The notes below the pieces were generated by a model that was not told where the DNA came from, ran no database searches, and saw only the letters and a program-made list of their open reading frames with translations. Positions 36,939 through 48,920 of a DNA stretch of 64,000 nucleotides are shown one piece after another; the stretch's first letter is position 1; each line of letters starts with the position of its first letter. Source of the DNA: Podarcis vaucheri (lineage: Eukaryota). The position numbers were made by a program, and so were the translations under genes. The stretch is from assembly GCA_965113315.1 (NCBI GenBank), contig OZ220365.1; one strand, given 5' to 3'.

Positions 36939-37690
36939 GAGGGTCCTGGTTGCGTGCAGGACCCAAGAGCTCACCTGACAGGGTTAAAATGGAGGGAAGG
37001 AGCAAGGAGTCCTGGCCATTCCCCTGGGATCATGCCAGGTGATTTTAGCCAATAGTCAGTGGGCGACGTGATCCCAGGGGCTTTAAAAACAGCAGTGTGA
37101 CTCAAGGAGGGGTACTTGCTTCGCACTGTTGAACACCCGCCCGCCGTCCTTAGTTTAGGTAGAGTCGCTTGACCTTGCTTTGGTTGGGTCACCTGTTTTG
37201 GAACAGGGGCTGGGTAGGAATTTTCCCATTTGGCAGATTGGCTTTAGCCATTTGGTTTTCGCCTACCCCTTAGCAAATCGTCACAACTTGTAAGGTGGCG
37301 GTTACGCATTGGCTCAGTTGGACTGTGGGGAGGGGAGGTGCGGCCATCACCTGCCCCTCCAGGAATTGGGTATTCCGTTAAAGGAATCTGGGGGTCCTGG
37401 ATCTCGCCCGAAGTCCGCTTGAGGGGCTAGAGCCATGCCAGGACCACAGGAACCCCGGGGTGAGCTTAGGTTGGTCCTCATCGACCTAGCTTCCTCATTT
37501 GGTTTACTCCATTGGACGATCACCCTGAGAGGTAGAGTCAGTTATAGTGGGGGAGTCAATGCCTAAGCCATTACTGCTCACGTGATTGTATTTCAAAAAA
37601 GTTGTGGCCAAAATTTGCCCAAAAACGTAAACTAATATAAGTGTCAGTGTGTATTTATTTTGGGGGTGGGTCTTGGGGCCTCGAGACGCA
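36939..37690 (+). mobile_element. Young CpG-rich terminal-repeat element, DIRS/Ngaro-like (family assignment tentative)
   Basis: CCAAT (37049) and TTTAAAAA (37082), motifs ggcagattggc...tttcgcctacc and aaagttgtggcc that I associate with squamate DIRS/Ngaro repeats. No TG..CA ends. Flanked by AACA (36935-36938, 37691-37694). Confidence 0.7.
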
Positions 37691-39476
37691 AACACTTACC
37701 TGGGAATAAGCCCAACTGAACTCAGTAGATAGACCTTTCTTTATAAATATATTAATTTATTATTAAATTAATATTTGATTATTGACTACTTTTATTAAGG
37801 TCCTTCAACACAACAGTCACAAGGTGAAGTATTCCTCAAGATCTGATTTCATAGCAGAAAAGGAGGATAGAAGTCACACAAAGCGCAGATCATGTTTTCT
37901 AATCGTAATTGTGGCATTAATAGTTCAGCCATTTTTTGGTGTTTGCTTCAAATAAAACAAGGAGAAGAAAGCAAGGGAGGTGATGCAGAGTAAGAAGCAG
38001 TAATGCAAAATACTGAAATGCAACAAAAACTCTGCATTGGATTCTCCCTTCCTGACCCCCGCTTTAAGCCAAATATTGCTGCTTGGGGGAAGCCAGTGTG
38101 TACATCCAAAGATGGAGTCATGAACATTGAAAGAAGACATTGCTCTTATGAGCTAAGATGGCATTTCCATGGCCAATCACACTGTGCAGTGTCTTCTGAA
38201 TGCCCGGTTTGCATCAGCCCTTCTTCCTCAGGCAGAGTAGAGCCCGGAGGGAAAGAATTCAGTGAAATAGTAAGTCTCTTCTTTTAATTTCATGTAACCT
38301 ACAAATCCCACAAGGCTGCTGTTTTATTGATGACCCTCGAGAGCTTTTCACTAAGTAACTAAATATTTAATGATGTTTTCAAAAAAACATATTGAATTGT
38401 TGGAAATTCCTGACATAAAGCTTGTACTAGAGGAGTCAAATTGCTAGAGAGTTTAAACTGATTAAATGAATATTTCAAAGTAATAGAATTACTGTGCAAT
38501 TTTAAGAAAATGTAGCTCTAATAAGATTTCCAAAAACACACACACACAAACAAGATGCTTGGGAAAGATTATATCCCACCCAGGAAAGATAGGTGTTGAC
38601 ATTTTAGTGGTTTTAAATTGCTGCAGCTAATAACGCCAATGACTTTAGGAAGACAAATGCTTTACGATATCAATATCTGCAGAGAGTGATGCAGAGAGAA
38701 AGGGACTGGGGCAACACAGACCTTTGGTTTCCTATTCCCTTAATGGGTCTCTTATCTCTACCCCATTATTACGTCCACAGAATTTCTCATAGAGATTTAT
38801 ATCCTATTTTGATACCTTGGCTCACCTTTGCTATTTTCCATCCACTTTCCATGACCCTCCCTTCTGTGCATCTACTCAATTGAATCCTAACCCTTGAAAT
38901 AGAACCTGTGTCCTGTGGCTACCAGGCCTCCACATTTGCCCCATGGCATGTTTTGGCCTAAAACATGCCTGCCTGTCCATCTCATGACATCATCTGACAC
39001 CAGGCATGGGATTGGGATGGGTCAGCCCACAGGACCATGCAAAAAGGAATAAGTTGGGGTGCGCTCTCAGTCCACTCCTGAGTATTTCCAGTTGATCCAG
39101 TGCTTTTTGAATTTGGCAGCCTTTTCCATGGCCCTGTCAAAGTGGGCCATGGAAGGTGGGGCAGTTATGGATCCAGCCCACTAGCTGGATCAAATTTCCC
39201 ACTGCTGCCTTAAAACTTACAGTTGCTATTGCATTTTTTAGTTTTGGCTCATGTAGCTTTTGTTCTACCCAAGTGTTCACCCAAGAATCTCAGGTTTCCA
39301 CAAACACTTCCTAGTGAGATTCAGGGGATTGCTTGGAAAGAGTAGCCCTTAAAATGATAATTTAAGTGCTAGACCTGTATATTGAAGTTGCAGAATTTGT
39401 GATTACCTGGTGGGAATAGGAATTTCCCTAACCTGCTATGTAAAATAAATAAAAAGTTCCCTTAGAAGTTCTATAG

Positions 39477-39600
39477 CAGGTGTGGCTAACCTGTAATCCT
39501 GTTGTTGGATTCTAATTCTCACCAGACCCAGAAAAGGTGGTCAGTGATGATGGGAGCTATAGCTCAACAATATCTGGAGGGCCACAAATTAGCCATGGGA
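39477..39600. mobile_element. Old copy of URR1-like hAT MITE family
   Basis: gatgatgggagctatagctcaacaatatctggagggccaca matches the young copy at 63887. Confidence 0.7.
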
Positions 39601-41133
39601 TGTAAACTTTTTGAACAAGCACAGACCACTGTATTTAATGTACTATTTGGGTATGTTCTGGACACCAGGAGCTCCACATCATCAAATTTTTATAGGAAAA
39701 TGAAGGTAACCAAGAGATTGAAACTGGCAAACATCATTCTCATGGCAGACATGCAGGATGGTGTCCAGACAAGTCATACCCCTGATCAGTAGATCTATTG
39801 AAATATTATCCATATGGATAGCAATAATTGAAAGCATGTTGATTACTTGCCCTACACCTTTAAGACAGGTCAGGACGTAAACAACTGAACAGACAGGCAA
39901 ATCAATTCAGACTGCACACACTGGCATATTCTCTGATCATTAAAACATGATGTTTTATGTCAGACTCTGAACTACTGTTGAGAGTGAATTTCCTCATAGC
40001 AAACCCTAGGCTGCATGTAAAATGTGAGAGAGGAAAAGAGCAGCCTTAAGCAGTGGTGTAGTGATAAATTTTGAAGTTCAGGAATACATCATGAAAGCTT
40101 CTCCTCATAGCCATATTCTAAGGAAAGTCTAAAAATGAAGTTGGATGTGTTATTCCCTTATCATACACAGAGAAAGCAGCTACAGTACATAACACAATAT
40201 CTAACTTATTGGGATGAGATGTCTGCAATCCTATGCATTGGGTTTTTTTTTTAATAAGCTCAACTGAATCTAGTGATGCTTACTTCTGACTGCACAATGC
40301 ATTGAACTTCAACAAAACATCTTCAGCCAGCTAAAATGCAATCTTTTAAATTTTAATTTCAAATCCAAACAACCTTGTAAAGAAGTGTTGCTGTTTAAAC
40401 TGCTAGCAGGAAGTAGGGTTCCCATCAAAAAGAAAGAAGCACCCAGACTTGGCTTGTCCATTTTCTTTATTCTCTGGCTTCCTCTACTCTTATTTGTCAC
40501 AAACAAACTTGAAAGCCCCATTATTACCTCACTGACTCCAGAGCAAGTAGGACCCATGGATTACCATGGTGCTCTGGCAGATAATGCCAACACATCTAGA
40601 CACTTTCCTGCATTGCTTTTCTATCACCCCTCTGGCCATAAGATATGCATGTATTCTGTTCCCAAATTTCATGCATTTTCCTTTAATCTCACTTTTTTAT
40701 TTTAAAGACAACAGGGAAAGAATTTTGGTTTGATAATGAGAAAACCACATGTGGTTAAATCCAGCTAGTTCCTAAATTTCTCCTGCTGAAATTAGTGCAA
40801 TTTCAGAGTGTTGAACTACACATGTGGTTACTGAAATATTCTAAACTGAATTTTTATGTATTCAGAATATAGCTAGATGACCTCTTCAACAGACTGCTGC
40901 TGAAAATGGCAGTTCCATGGCAGTTCCACCCCTGTGCTTTTCCTACAACATTTAGGAATACTTATCTGTATCATGACATCATTACATTGTGCTCCACATA
41001 CATGGCTGCTTCTGGCAGAGGTTGGGAAACAACACAGGTAAAGGGGTGTATAAATATTGGGGAGGGGGAGAGAACATGGAACTTCCTCTTTCTTGACCCC
41101 TGTGTGATTGGCCACGTTTGGAGATCACAGTAA

Positions 41134-41254
41134 ACCAGCTCATGAAGTTGCTGAACTACAACTCCTATCATCCATGATCATTGGGTATGCTTACTAGGGC
41201 TGATGGGAGTTGTAGTTCAGGAACATCTAGAGGGCCAAAGGTTCTCCACTCCTG
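41134..41254. mobile_element. URR1-like hAT MITE copy
   Basis: Internal inverted repeat gaactacaactcctatca / tgatgggagttgtagttc. Confidence 0.8.
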
Positions 41255-42191
41255 GTTTACCATACACAAGCCAACCCATTTGTGCTGCAGAGAAGCAAAC
41301 CATAATCACTGGCTTGGTGTTGTGTCTGAAAGAGGGGATGTGCTTTGTTTCACTCCACAGACATAAGCCAAGGTTTGTTTGGGAGTTACTGATCATCATA
41401 TGTTTGAATTAAATGAATCACAATATCTGGTTCAGACATAAGCAAGGGGTTGCAGTTTGTTCCTCCCCAGCATGCGTTTGCTAGACTGACACAAATATTA
41501 TCGGAAAGGAGTGAGTAAACTGTTCTTAATAGGAAGTGTATTTTTTGTTTCTCTGGTGGCTATGTTTTTGTCTGGCTATATTTACATTTATTTATAAAGT
41601 TTGTCTATTGATATACGCTCAGATATACAGGAGAAACTGGTCAGTGAAAATGCAAATAAAGATTAATTGTTTGATATTGATAGCAAACTGAACCAAAGCA
41701 ATAGAAGTGATTAGGTAAAAAGCAAGATTATAGGAATATAAGCTAAAGTTACTGCATTATGTTTATGTACTTCATTCCACTCAACAGGGTTTTTCAGACA
41801 GAACAAACCAGGAGAAACTCCAAGCATTTAACCCCTTTCCTTGACTATTTTTGATTGGAAGAAACATGAACTAACAAGTTTGAAATGAAACTGTTGCATT
41901 CTATTCTTGCCAAAACTGTTACAACAAATCTGAATAGTCACCTTACAAGAACTTTACCCACACATTAGTAGGGCAAGAATTAAGATGGGTGAGAAGCAAG
42001 AAACATGATCTTTGTGAAGTATTTTTAGAGGAAGTTTTGTTTTGTAGTGTTTCATTTCAGAAAGTAATTATTTTCTGTAGCTGCATTTTACCATTTCCAC
42101 CATTTGCTCCGAACTGTCATGGCCTAAGTTCAAATATTCTACCCCCTGCCCCAACCCATTTCTCATTTTACAGTATGACAAAGTATTCAGA

Positions 42192-42228
42192 ATGATATTG
42201 GAGTGGGATGGATGAGTGAGATGGATGA
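42192..42228 (-). promoter_or_regulatory. YCAY cluster (NOVA-type intronic splicing element) downstream of NKAIN2 exon 5
   Basis: Sense strand reads TCAT CCAT c TCAC TCAT CCAT c CCAC: 6 YCAY in 26 nt (42228-42203) plus one at 42195-42192, starting 47 nt after the donor. Confidence 0.65.
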
Positions 42229-42274
42229 TATAAAAATAGTTTCAACTGGCATGTAATAAACCTTTCTTACTTAC

Positions 42275-42335
42275 AGCTGTCCTCTTCTTCGGTGATACAT
42301 TTCACAACATAACAGGCGTAGATGAATCCTGCCAG
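42275..42335 (-). CDS. NKAIN2: NKAIN2 coding exon (human exon 5 equivalent), 61 bp, LAGFIYACYVVKCITEEEDS
   Basis: Reverse complement reads ttcccttttgtttaAG|ctggcaggattcatctacgcc...gaggacagct|GTaagtaag. The peptide matches the NKAIN2 last TM segment plus acidic EEED motif as I recall it. Phase 0 to phase 1. Confidence 0.97.
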
Positions 42336-42924
42336 CTTAAACAAAAGGGAACAGAATTAAATATACAGTAAAAGTGGCTGGAGTTCTCAACAATGGTGTG
42401 CGCTTATAAGACAAAAACAATCTTCCCTGCATTTATTTATTTTTTCTATGAAAATTGCAATACTTTAACATAATTATACGTTTGGCACAGTGATAAATAT
42501 CCATAATGGCTGCACTGGTGTACTGCGATGCTGGAAAATTCTTTTAAGAATTCACTCATTTTCCCCCTTTCACTCAGAAATGAAATTCATATAGAAAATC
42601 AGTATACAATAATACCGCCCACTTTCCCAGTGAAGGCTTTTTCACATTGTAAAAAATGCACCCTAACAATATTATACTATCCACGACACTCCTGCGAGCC
42701 TGAATCCGGAGACAATAGCATCATAGCCACGTGCATATAATGAATGAGTGAATGGCCTCGTTGTGTTGAGATCTGCCCCATCTTTTTATAAATATCTGCA
42801 TGGCTGCATATTCCAGAAAAGAAGGGGGGCGGAGGAAATGCCAAGCTGCCAAAGAATCTTAATAAAAAACCCACAACAAAACATTAAAGTGGCAAAGGAA
42901 AAACAATACTGCTGAATGAGCAAA

Positions 42925-43040
42925 GTCTTGGGCCAGCCACCCAACTCAGCAGTGTCAGCCTCTCTGCCATTTGTAAAATGCTGATAATAGGGTTACCGAA
43001 ATGAAGAGTGTGAATTGCTTTGAATACTTAAAAATGTTTG
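42925..43040 (+). mobile_element. MIR/CORE-SINE-like remnant
   Basis: tcttgggccagccac...catttgtaaaatgctgataata resembles the CORE domain. Confidence 0.45.
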
Positions 43041-43599
43041 TTTAAGAAAGAACTATAAACCACTTAATTAAAAGAACCCTCTAAGAAGTATACATACAAC
43101 AATTATCAACAGTAAACATAAAATCGGCAGACATTAAAAACAAGTATACATAACAAAATTTTGTGCATGAATAGGCTAGCTGAAACAAAGAAGATGCTGC
43201 CACAATAAATTACCAACAGATGCAGAACAAACATCATATGGCACTTCACCAAGTGCAAGATCCACAGGTAGAAGCAGTTGGCTAGGCATGTATGGGGCAA
43301 GTAAGCTTGTCTTAAGCTGGATATACTAACAGTAAAACTTTGAAACTGCCCAGAAACAAATTAGCAGTCACTACAGATTATTGAGCAGAGGTGTAACATA
43401 CATAATATTCATTAGGTTCTATAGTCGAGGAATATATGTTCACTGAAGAATAAAAAAGCAACATCTAAAATCTTGAAGTTCTCCAAATGCTGAAGAAATT
43501 GGGCTGTGTGGCTCATCATTAGTAGTATCAAGGAATTTCAAATAGAAGCCTGTGACAGTTGCTCCAGCACATTCCTTTTGGGAATCGTGCCAAAGGGAG

Positions 43600-43720
43600 G
43601 TACTGGTAGTCACCCTGGTGTCTTCCAGTTGCTGGGGACTCCAGTCCCCATCATTCCTGACTATAGGCTGGAGATGATGGGAGCTGGAGTTCAAAGCTTC
43701 TAGAGAGCACCATGTTGGCT
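43600..43720. mobile_element. URR1-like hAT MITE copy
   Basis: Inverted repeat gactccagtcccatcat / atgatgggagctggagtt. Confidence 0.7.
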
Positions 43721-43736
43721 GTTTTGCACATGATCT

Positions 43737-43801
43737 GACCCAGCCAGATGGGCGGGGTATAAATTATTATTATGATTATTATGATTTTTATGATCATTAT
43801 T
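43737..43801 (+). mobile_element. Very short L2 3' terminus with (TTA)n tail
   Basis: cccagccagatgggcggggtataaat is the reverse complement of the terminus at 36641-36665. Confidence 0.75.
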
Positions 43802-45589
43802 GTAGGCTATCAATGCAGTGGAGTGTGAGAAAACCTTCAGGCTCACAATCTCCTCCTCCTTGTGTAGATGGACAACCAAGGCTATGTGCAAACATTTCCC
43901 AAGTGCTGGTAAAAAGTAAGGGGTGAAATTAAGAGCTGCTGTTTTCTCACCCAACAAAATTTGGTAGAATTATATGATTCTGCTTCACATATTGCATCAG
44001 GGAAAATTGTTCCTTATAAATCAACGGCCATTTTGATCTTTCCTTTGATATTACTGAGATCAGAAGAACTTCCTATCACTTGATTCTCTGCACCTGCATT
44101 TATTTCTACTAAAACTAGTACTACAGGATATGTTTTCTTCAACACTTTATAATGCTGACGACGATTCAAAGCTCAATAGGTCCTAAATGTTAAAATGGCG
44201 TGCTCTACAACCAGAGCTTCTATTCTCTTTGATGCTTGGAAGACTTCATATGAGCAAGGTGGTTGTGCAGACCAAGCTGTTCCTCACATCAGGATGGGAC
44301 ATCCCTGCTCTTTTGGAGCCCTGCATGGATATTGCAGCTACTAGCTAGGGCTGCTCATTTTAATGGTGTATGATAGCAGAGTCACATTTTGAACATAGTC
44401 ACCAGCTGAGTTCTGTAGAACAGTACTTCCCAACCAGCATAAGGAGACTCACTGCTGTGGCTCAGCACAGCTTGTCAAGCATGCCTCAAAATAGATCCAA
44501 TTATAATTGCTCACTGAAGCATCCTCTTCATTGCCATTTCTCAGCTGGTGATCAGCCCTAGATGGGTGTATAGAGGCTGGTCGGCAAAGCAATGGCACTT
44601 TCTGACCTTTTGGCCATTGCGCAGAAAATGTTCACATCTTTCTAACACAGCCATTGGCAAGAGTGCTAAATTAGCACAGTTGTGCAGTGAAAAGTGGTGG
44701 GAGACATCCCCAAGCTCACTAGGCTGAAAAATGTGAGAAATTCTGTTGTACAGTTTTAGGAATCATTTATTTATTATATTACCTGGCTTCAGCTAATACA
44801 GTGAGCACTTAGCAGACCTGAAATTTACCACAATTCCCATGCTAAAAAAAAGTGTGTTAAAAGGTGTATGATCACATCTGACAGGTAAAGATATCAGGCA
44901 ATAGTAAAGAAAAGAATGGGAAGGAAATATAGTAAAAAACTAAAATGATGAGTCACATTTTCACAAACTCTGTACAGTATATGTTAGTTCATTAATAGCC
45001 AAAGAGTACACAACTTTAACATAATATGCATCTAAACAAGGATCAGGATTACACAAGGTCTCCACCTGCCTTGTATGTTAATATCCAAAATGGCTAGCAT
45101 GAATAATTTATTCCAGTTCTTGGATGATGGAATTATTGATTCAATCACTTCTGAGGCATGAAATGCAATAGTACATTTGTGTTAGAGTAGGTTGTCTTGC
45201 TAAGATAAAACCTACTTTCAGAGATCTCTTCATGCCAATCTGATTACAGACACAACATTGCCATGAAGTAATTATTGTTCACTATCAATATGCCCACCAG
45301 ATGGTGGGAACAGGTATGGAAATGTGGCTTAAAAATAGGTCAAAACTGAAGGCCAGTTTAGATGTGAAGACAGCAAACCCCTTTGTTCATGCCCAGCTCT
45401 GTCCAATCATGTATACATCAGGGGACAATTTTTAGAACAAAAGGGGCACATGGATGGGAATCCCAAATACTTCCTGCCTGCAGCTTATCTCACAATGCTC
45501 CTTAGATGAGCTTCAATAGCAGAAGTGGCTTCACCTTGTGGGAGTTGCTACGGAGGTGCTCTGCTTCACTGCAGTTGATCCACCCCCTT

Positions 45590-45726
45590 GAGCCTTCTGG
45601 TTACCCTTGTCTAAACTTTTTACAACTCTATAATATCATTTTTGAGGCGAGGCAACCAGAACTGTACACAGTATTCCTAATGTGGTTGCAGCACGTATTT
45701 GTATAGCAGCATGATGATATTGGCAG
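45590..45726 (-). mobile_element. CR1 ORF2 fragment
   Basis: Minus strand gives ANIIMLLYKYVLQPH, then EYCVQFWLPRLKNDII after a frameshift. Confidence 0.85.
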
Positions 45727-48700
45727 GGTGGCTTAAAGGGAATGCACAAGGCTCTGTGATCTGTTTGGATTCCTGACATTCGAAGTAAATAACAAACATG
45801 CATAGCAGGCAAGTATTTTTTTTTATAAAACCACACACTTCCCCTGTTCTGTTTCCTACCGCAGACTCACCCTCTCCTAAGGCATATGGCCAGAGTTTTG
45901 ATCCCCTTGGCCGCAATCCAAATCTTCCCACAGGTGCTACTTTTTGTAAAGACCCAAATGACTCCCTCAAAAAAAGAAAATGGCACTACTTCTCATGAAA
46001 AAATGAACCTTTTCATGAGGGGGGGTTAGCTTCCAGGGGAAAAGCTGCAGGTTTCTCAGATACTATAATCTTCCCTTTCAGGTAGTGCCCATCTCATTTA
46101 CACAAGTCCAAAAATGCAGACCTGCTGATATGTGGGACATTAAAAAATAGCATTTATGGTCCTGGTTGTATCTTACCTACAATTCTATGTTACATCAGAG
46201 CTAAATCCCACATTTATTTCACATCTGTCATGAGGCTCTGCTGGGAGGCTTTCACACTAGCAGGGATGAGAATTCACTGCAGGAGCTAACATGCACTGTA
46301 GCAAAGAACAGTGAAACCTTGTGTGATTGTCAGCAGGCCGTCTTTGCCTCATTGAGCTATTATAGCCTTTACTTAACGTGACCAAAAGTTGAAGGGCTGT
46401 TTAACCCACACATGTGCAAGTCCTGGCTCTTTGATTTATTTTTGCAAATCAATGGATCACACTTACAGCTCAACAGTCCCCAAAGTGGTCTAAAATTACA
46501 GGGATGAGGATGTTCTTATTAACAGAGTTTGCCACACGCCTGTTGCTAAAATGTCAAAAGTTAATATCTTCTTAACTAACCTTCGCCCACACACTGCATA
46601 GCAAATGTACTGTAGCACAAATTGTACATACCACTGATCTTTTAATTGTTTCCAGTTGCATCCCCTTAAGTATTGCAAAAACTCATTAAATAAATTTCAG
46701 GAGGCAATCTTACTGATTAACGACATACCTTTTTCAACTAGAATGCGTTCTCTTCTCTAAATATTAGGGCTAATGTAAGATGGGAGGTTTTTTATTACAA
46801 AACTAAAAATGAAGCCTAATAACAATTTTGAGGGTTGCAACTGGGGAATAAGGCTTGACTTTTATCTTTCTGGCTGTGACCCCACCCCTCTCTGGAAAGT
46901 TCTCTAATGATGTGGTTGTTGCATAGGCTGTGTGTGATCTTCCTTGCAGTTGCTGAGTGCAGGTTAACTCTTGCCTCCCCAGCTGCAGTCTCCAAGAAGA
47001 TCAACCTGGGGGCGGGGAGCAAACACACATTTTTCAAGCAGAAGGGGGAAAGTGAGTGTGTGCATGTATGTGTGGTTGTCATGTGTACATGCATGCGTGT
47101 GTGGTTGCAGTGGGTTTAGGGTTGTGGTGTATGTGTCATGCTGACTACAGTTTCTCATTATTTAGGCAACCAAGCCCAAATATTTATTAATTCCTGTCTT
47201 ACAAAGAACCCATCAAAGCAAAAATCATATTGAAGTTGCAGTTCAAAGGAAGAAGAAGCTCCAAACAAGTGGTAAGCAGCAAGTGAAATATTAAGAGAAT
47301 TTTCATTAAATTTTCACTCTTACATTTTTTTACCAGTGAACAGTCTCCTATGTTCACATGGACGTTGGTTTCTGCTGGGATTTGCAGAGTCATGAAACAA
47401 ACCCAGAAGTAGCTCACTGAGTGAGGTGGAGTCACTCCACTAGCTTCACGGCAGGTGGATCACCATTGTTGATTGGGAGACACAAAGTAGCAGGGAGGTT
47501 AGTCTGGTTCAAGTGCATGACAGGTGTGCTGGGTTGGCTCTGCTGGTGCATGTGCACCACACTGACCTCCTTGCTATATTGTCCCTCCCTCCTGGTAAGC
47601 AACACTGAACCACCTGCTAGGAGCTAGCATAGGGGTTCTGCTCCACCCAGCAAACCACTTCTGTACAGGCATCCCCAGTATTTAAACTTGATTTTTAAAT
47701 CAAGTTTTGGTTAAAGTTCACATCTGCAACTCTGTTTTCTCTAATAATAGGTTCTTAGTTCACACATAGGGATAGGCATTCAGTTGCTTCCCAATAGTGT
47801 TTATGCATAGAAAGGAGAAGCAATGACAGGTCAGCTGTGTGTGTGTGAATCTGATACAACCAGATTTATAGTGTTTTCAATGAGGAAGTGTATTTCAGGA
47901 AAACAGACCTCAACTTTGTGTGTATGTGTATTATGCCACCAGCCTTGAGTTACCTTTTAGGTTCTGAGTCTGATTTTTTAAAAAGTCACCATTAGAAAGG
48001 AGATAATGAGTCTTTGGGGGATGATGGAGAGAAGGACCCTATCTCTGCCTTAAGAGAATTACCCTAAAGATAGAAATGCTGCCATGGAAACACTTCGGCC
48101 CTTTGAGAACTTTCCTGAAACCTCTGCTCCTTTTGTGGAGAAAGCAATGATTAGAAGAGCTGGAAGAAGGCATACTGCCTAGAGTCAATCCATAGCTCCC
48201 CAGGTTTGAGAGAATTCAGATGTTATGGAGATCAAGTAAAATAAAAACCTAACAGTGTGTACTCAAATACAAGTCTTATTGAATCCAGTGGGGCTTTCTT
48301 CCAGATGAGTTGGGGTTAGGATTGCAGCCTGGTCCAGAGGTATCACAAACCATTCAGATGCACTGAACAATTTCTCATTTTCTAATACATACATGCAAAC
48401 ATGCACACACACTTTACAAAGAGTTTTAGCTAATCTTAGCTACTTAGTACTTGTATGATATAATATGATGTATGATACATCTCTTTGCAAACATATGATT
48501 GTTGCCCCGTTTGTGGATCATTTATAGGTTTATACTTGTATACTGACCTGATGCACACCTTAAATGTGTGAAAAGTATCCCAGAAACAGTTCAAGAAGTG
48601 CCCTATGGCATCCATTCCCTTAAAACAACTCAGACTATGAACCAGAGTGCATATGCCACTGATAGTGAAGTCCTAATGGTTAAGCATCCCTTCTCCTACT

Positions 48701-48747
48701 GTTACTTCTCAAATTACTGAACAGAAACTCAGGAGGATAGCATGTTT

Positions 48748-48920
48748 AGGCTGTGTAAACACTCTACCTTTAAAACACATTTGCAGCACCTCCTGCCCAA
48801 AAAACTGCACAATTCTGGACACTGTAGTTTATTAAGGGTTACTGGGAATTGTAATTCTGTGAGGGGTAAACTACAATGTCTAGAGTTCATTGAGGGAAAG
48901 AATGTATGCAGCTTTAGTCA
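48748..48920. mobile_element. Hairpin MITE (ggctgc..cacacc / ggtgtg..gcagcc family; half copies at 59170-59268 and 8793-8860)
   Basis: Internal inverted repeat ctgtagttt / aaactaca and shared termini. Confidence 0.6.
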
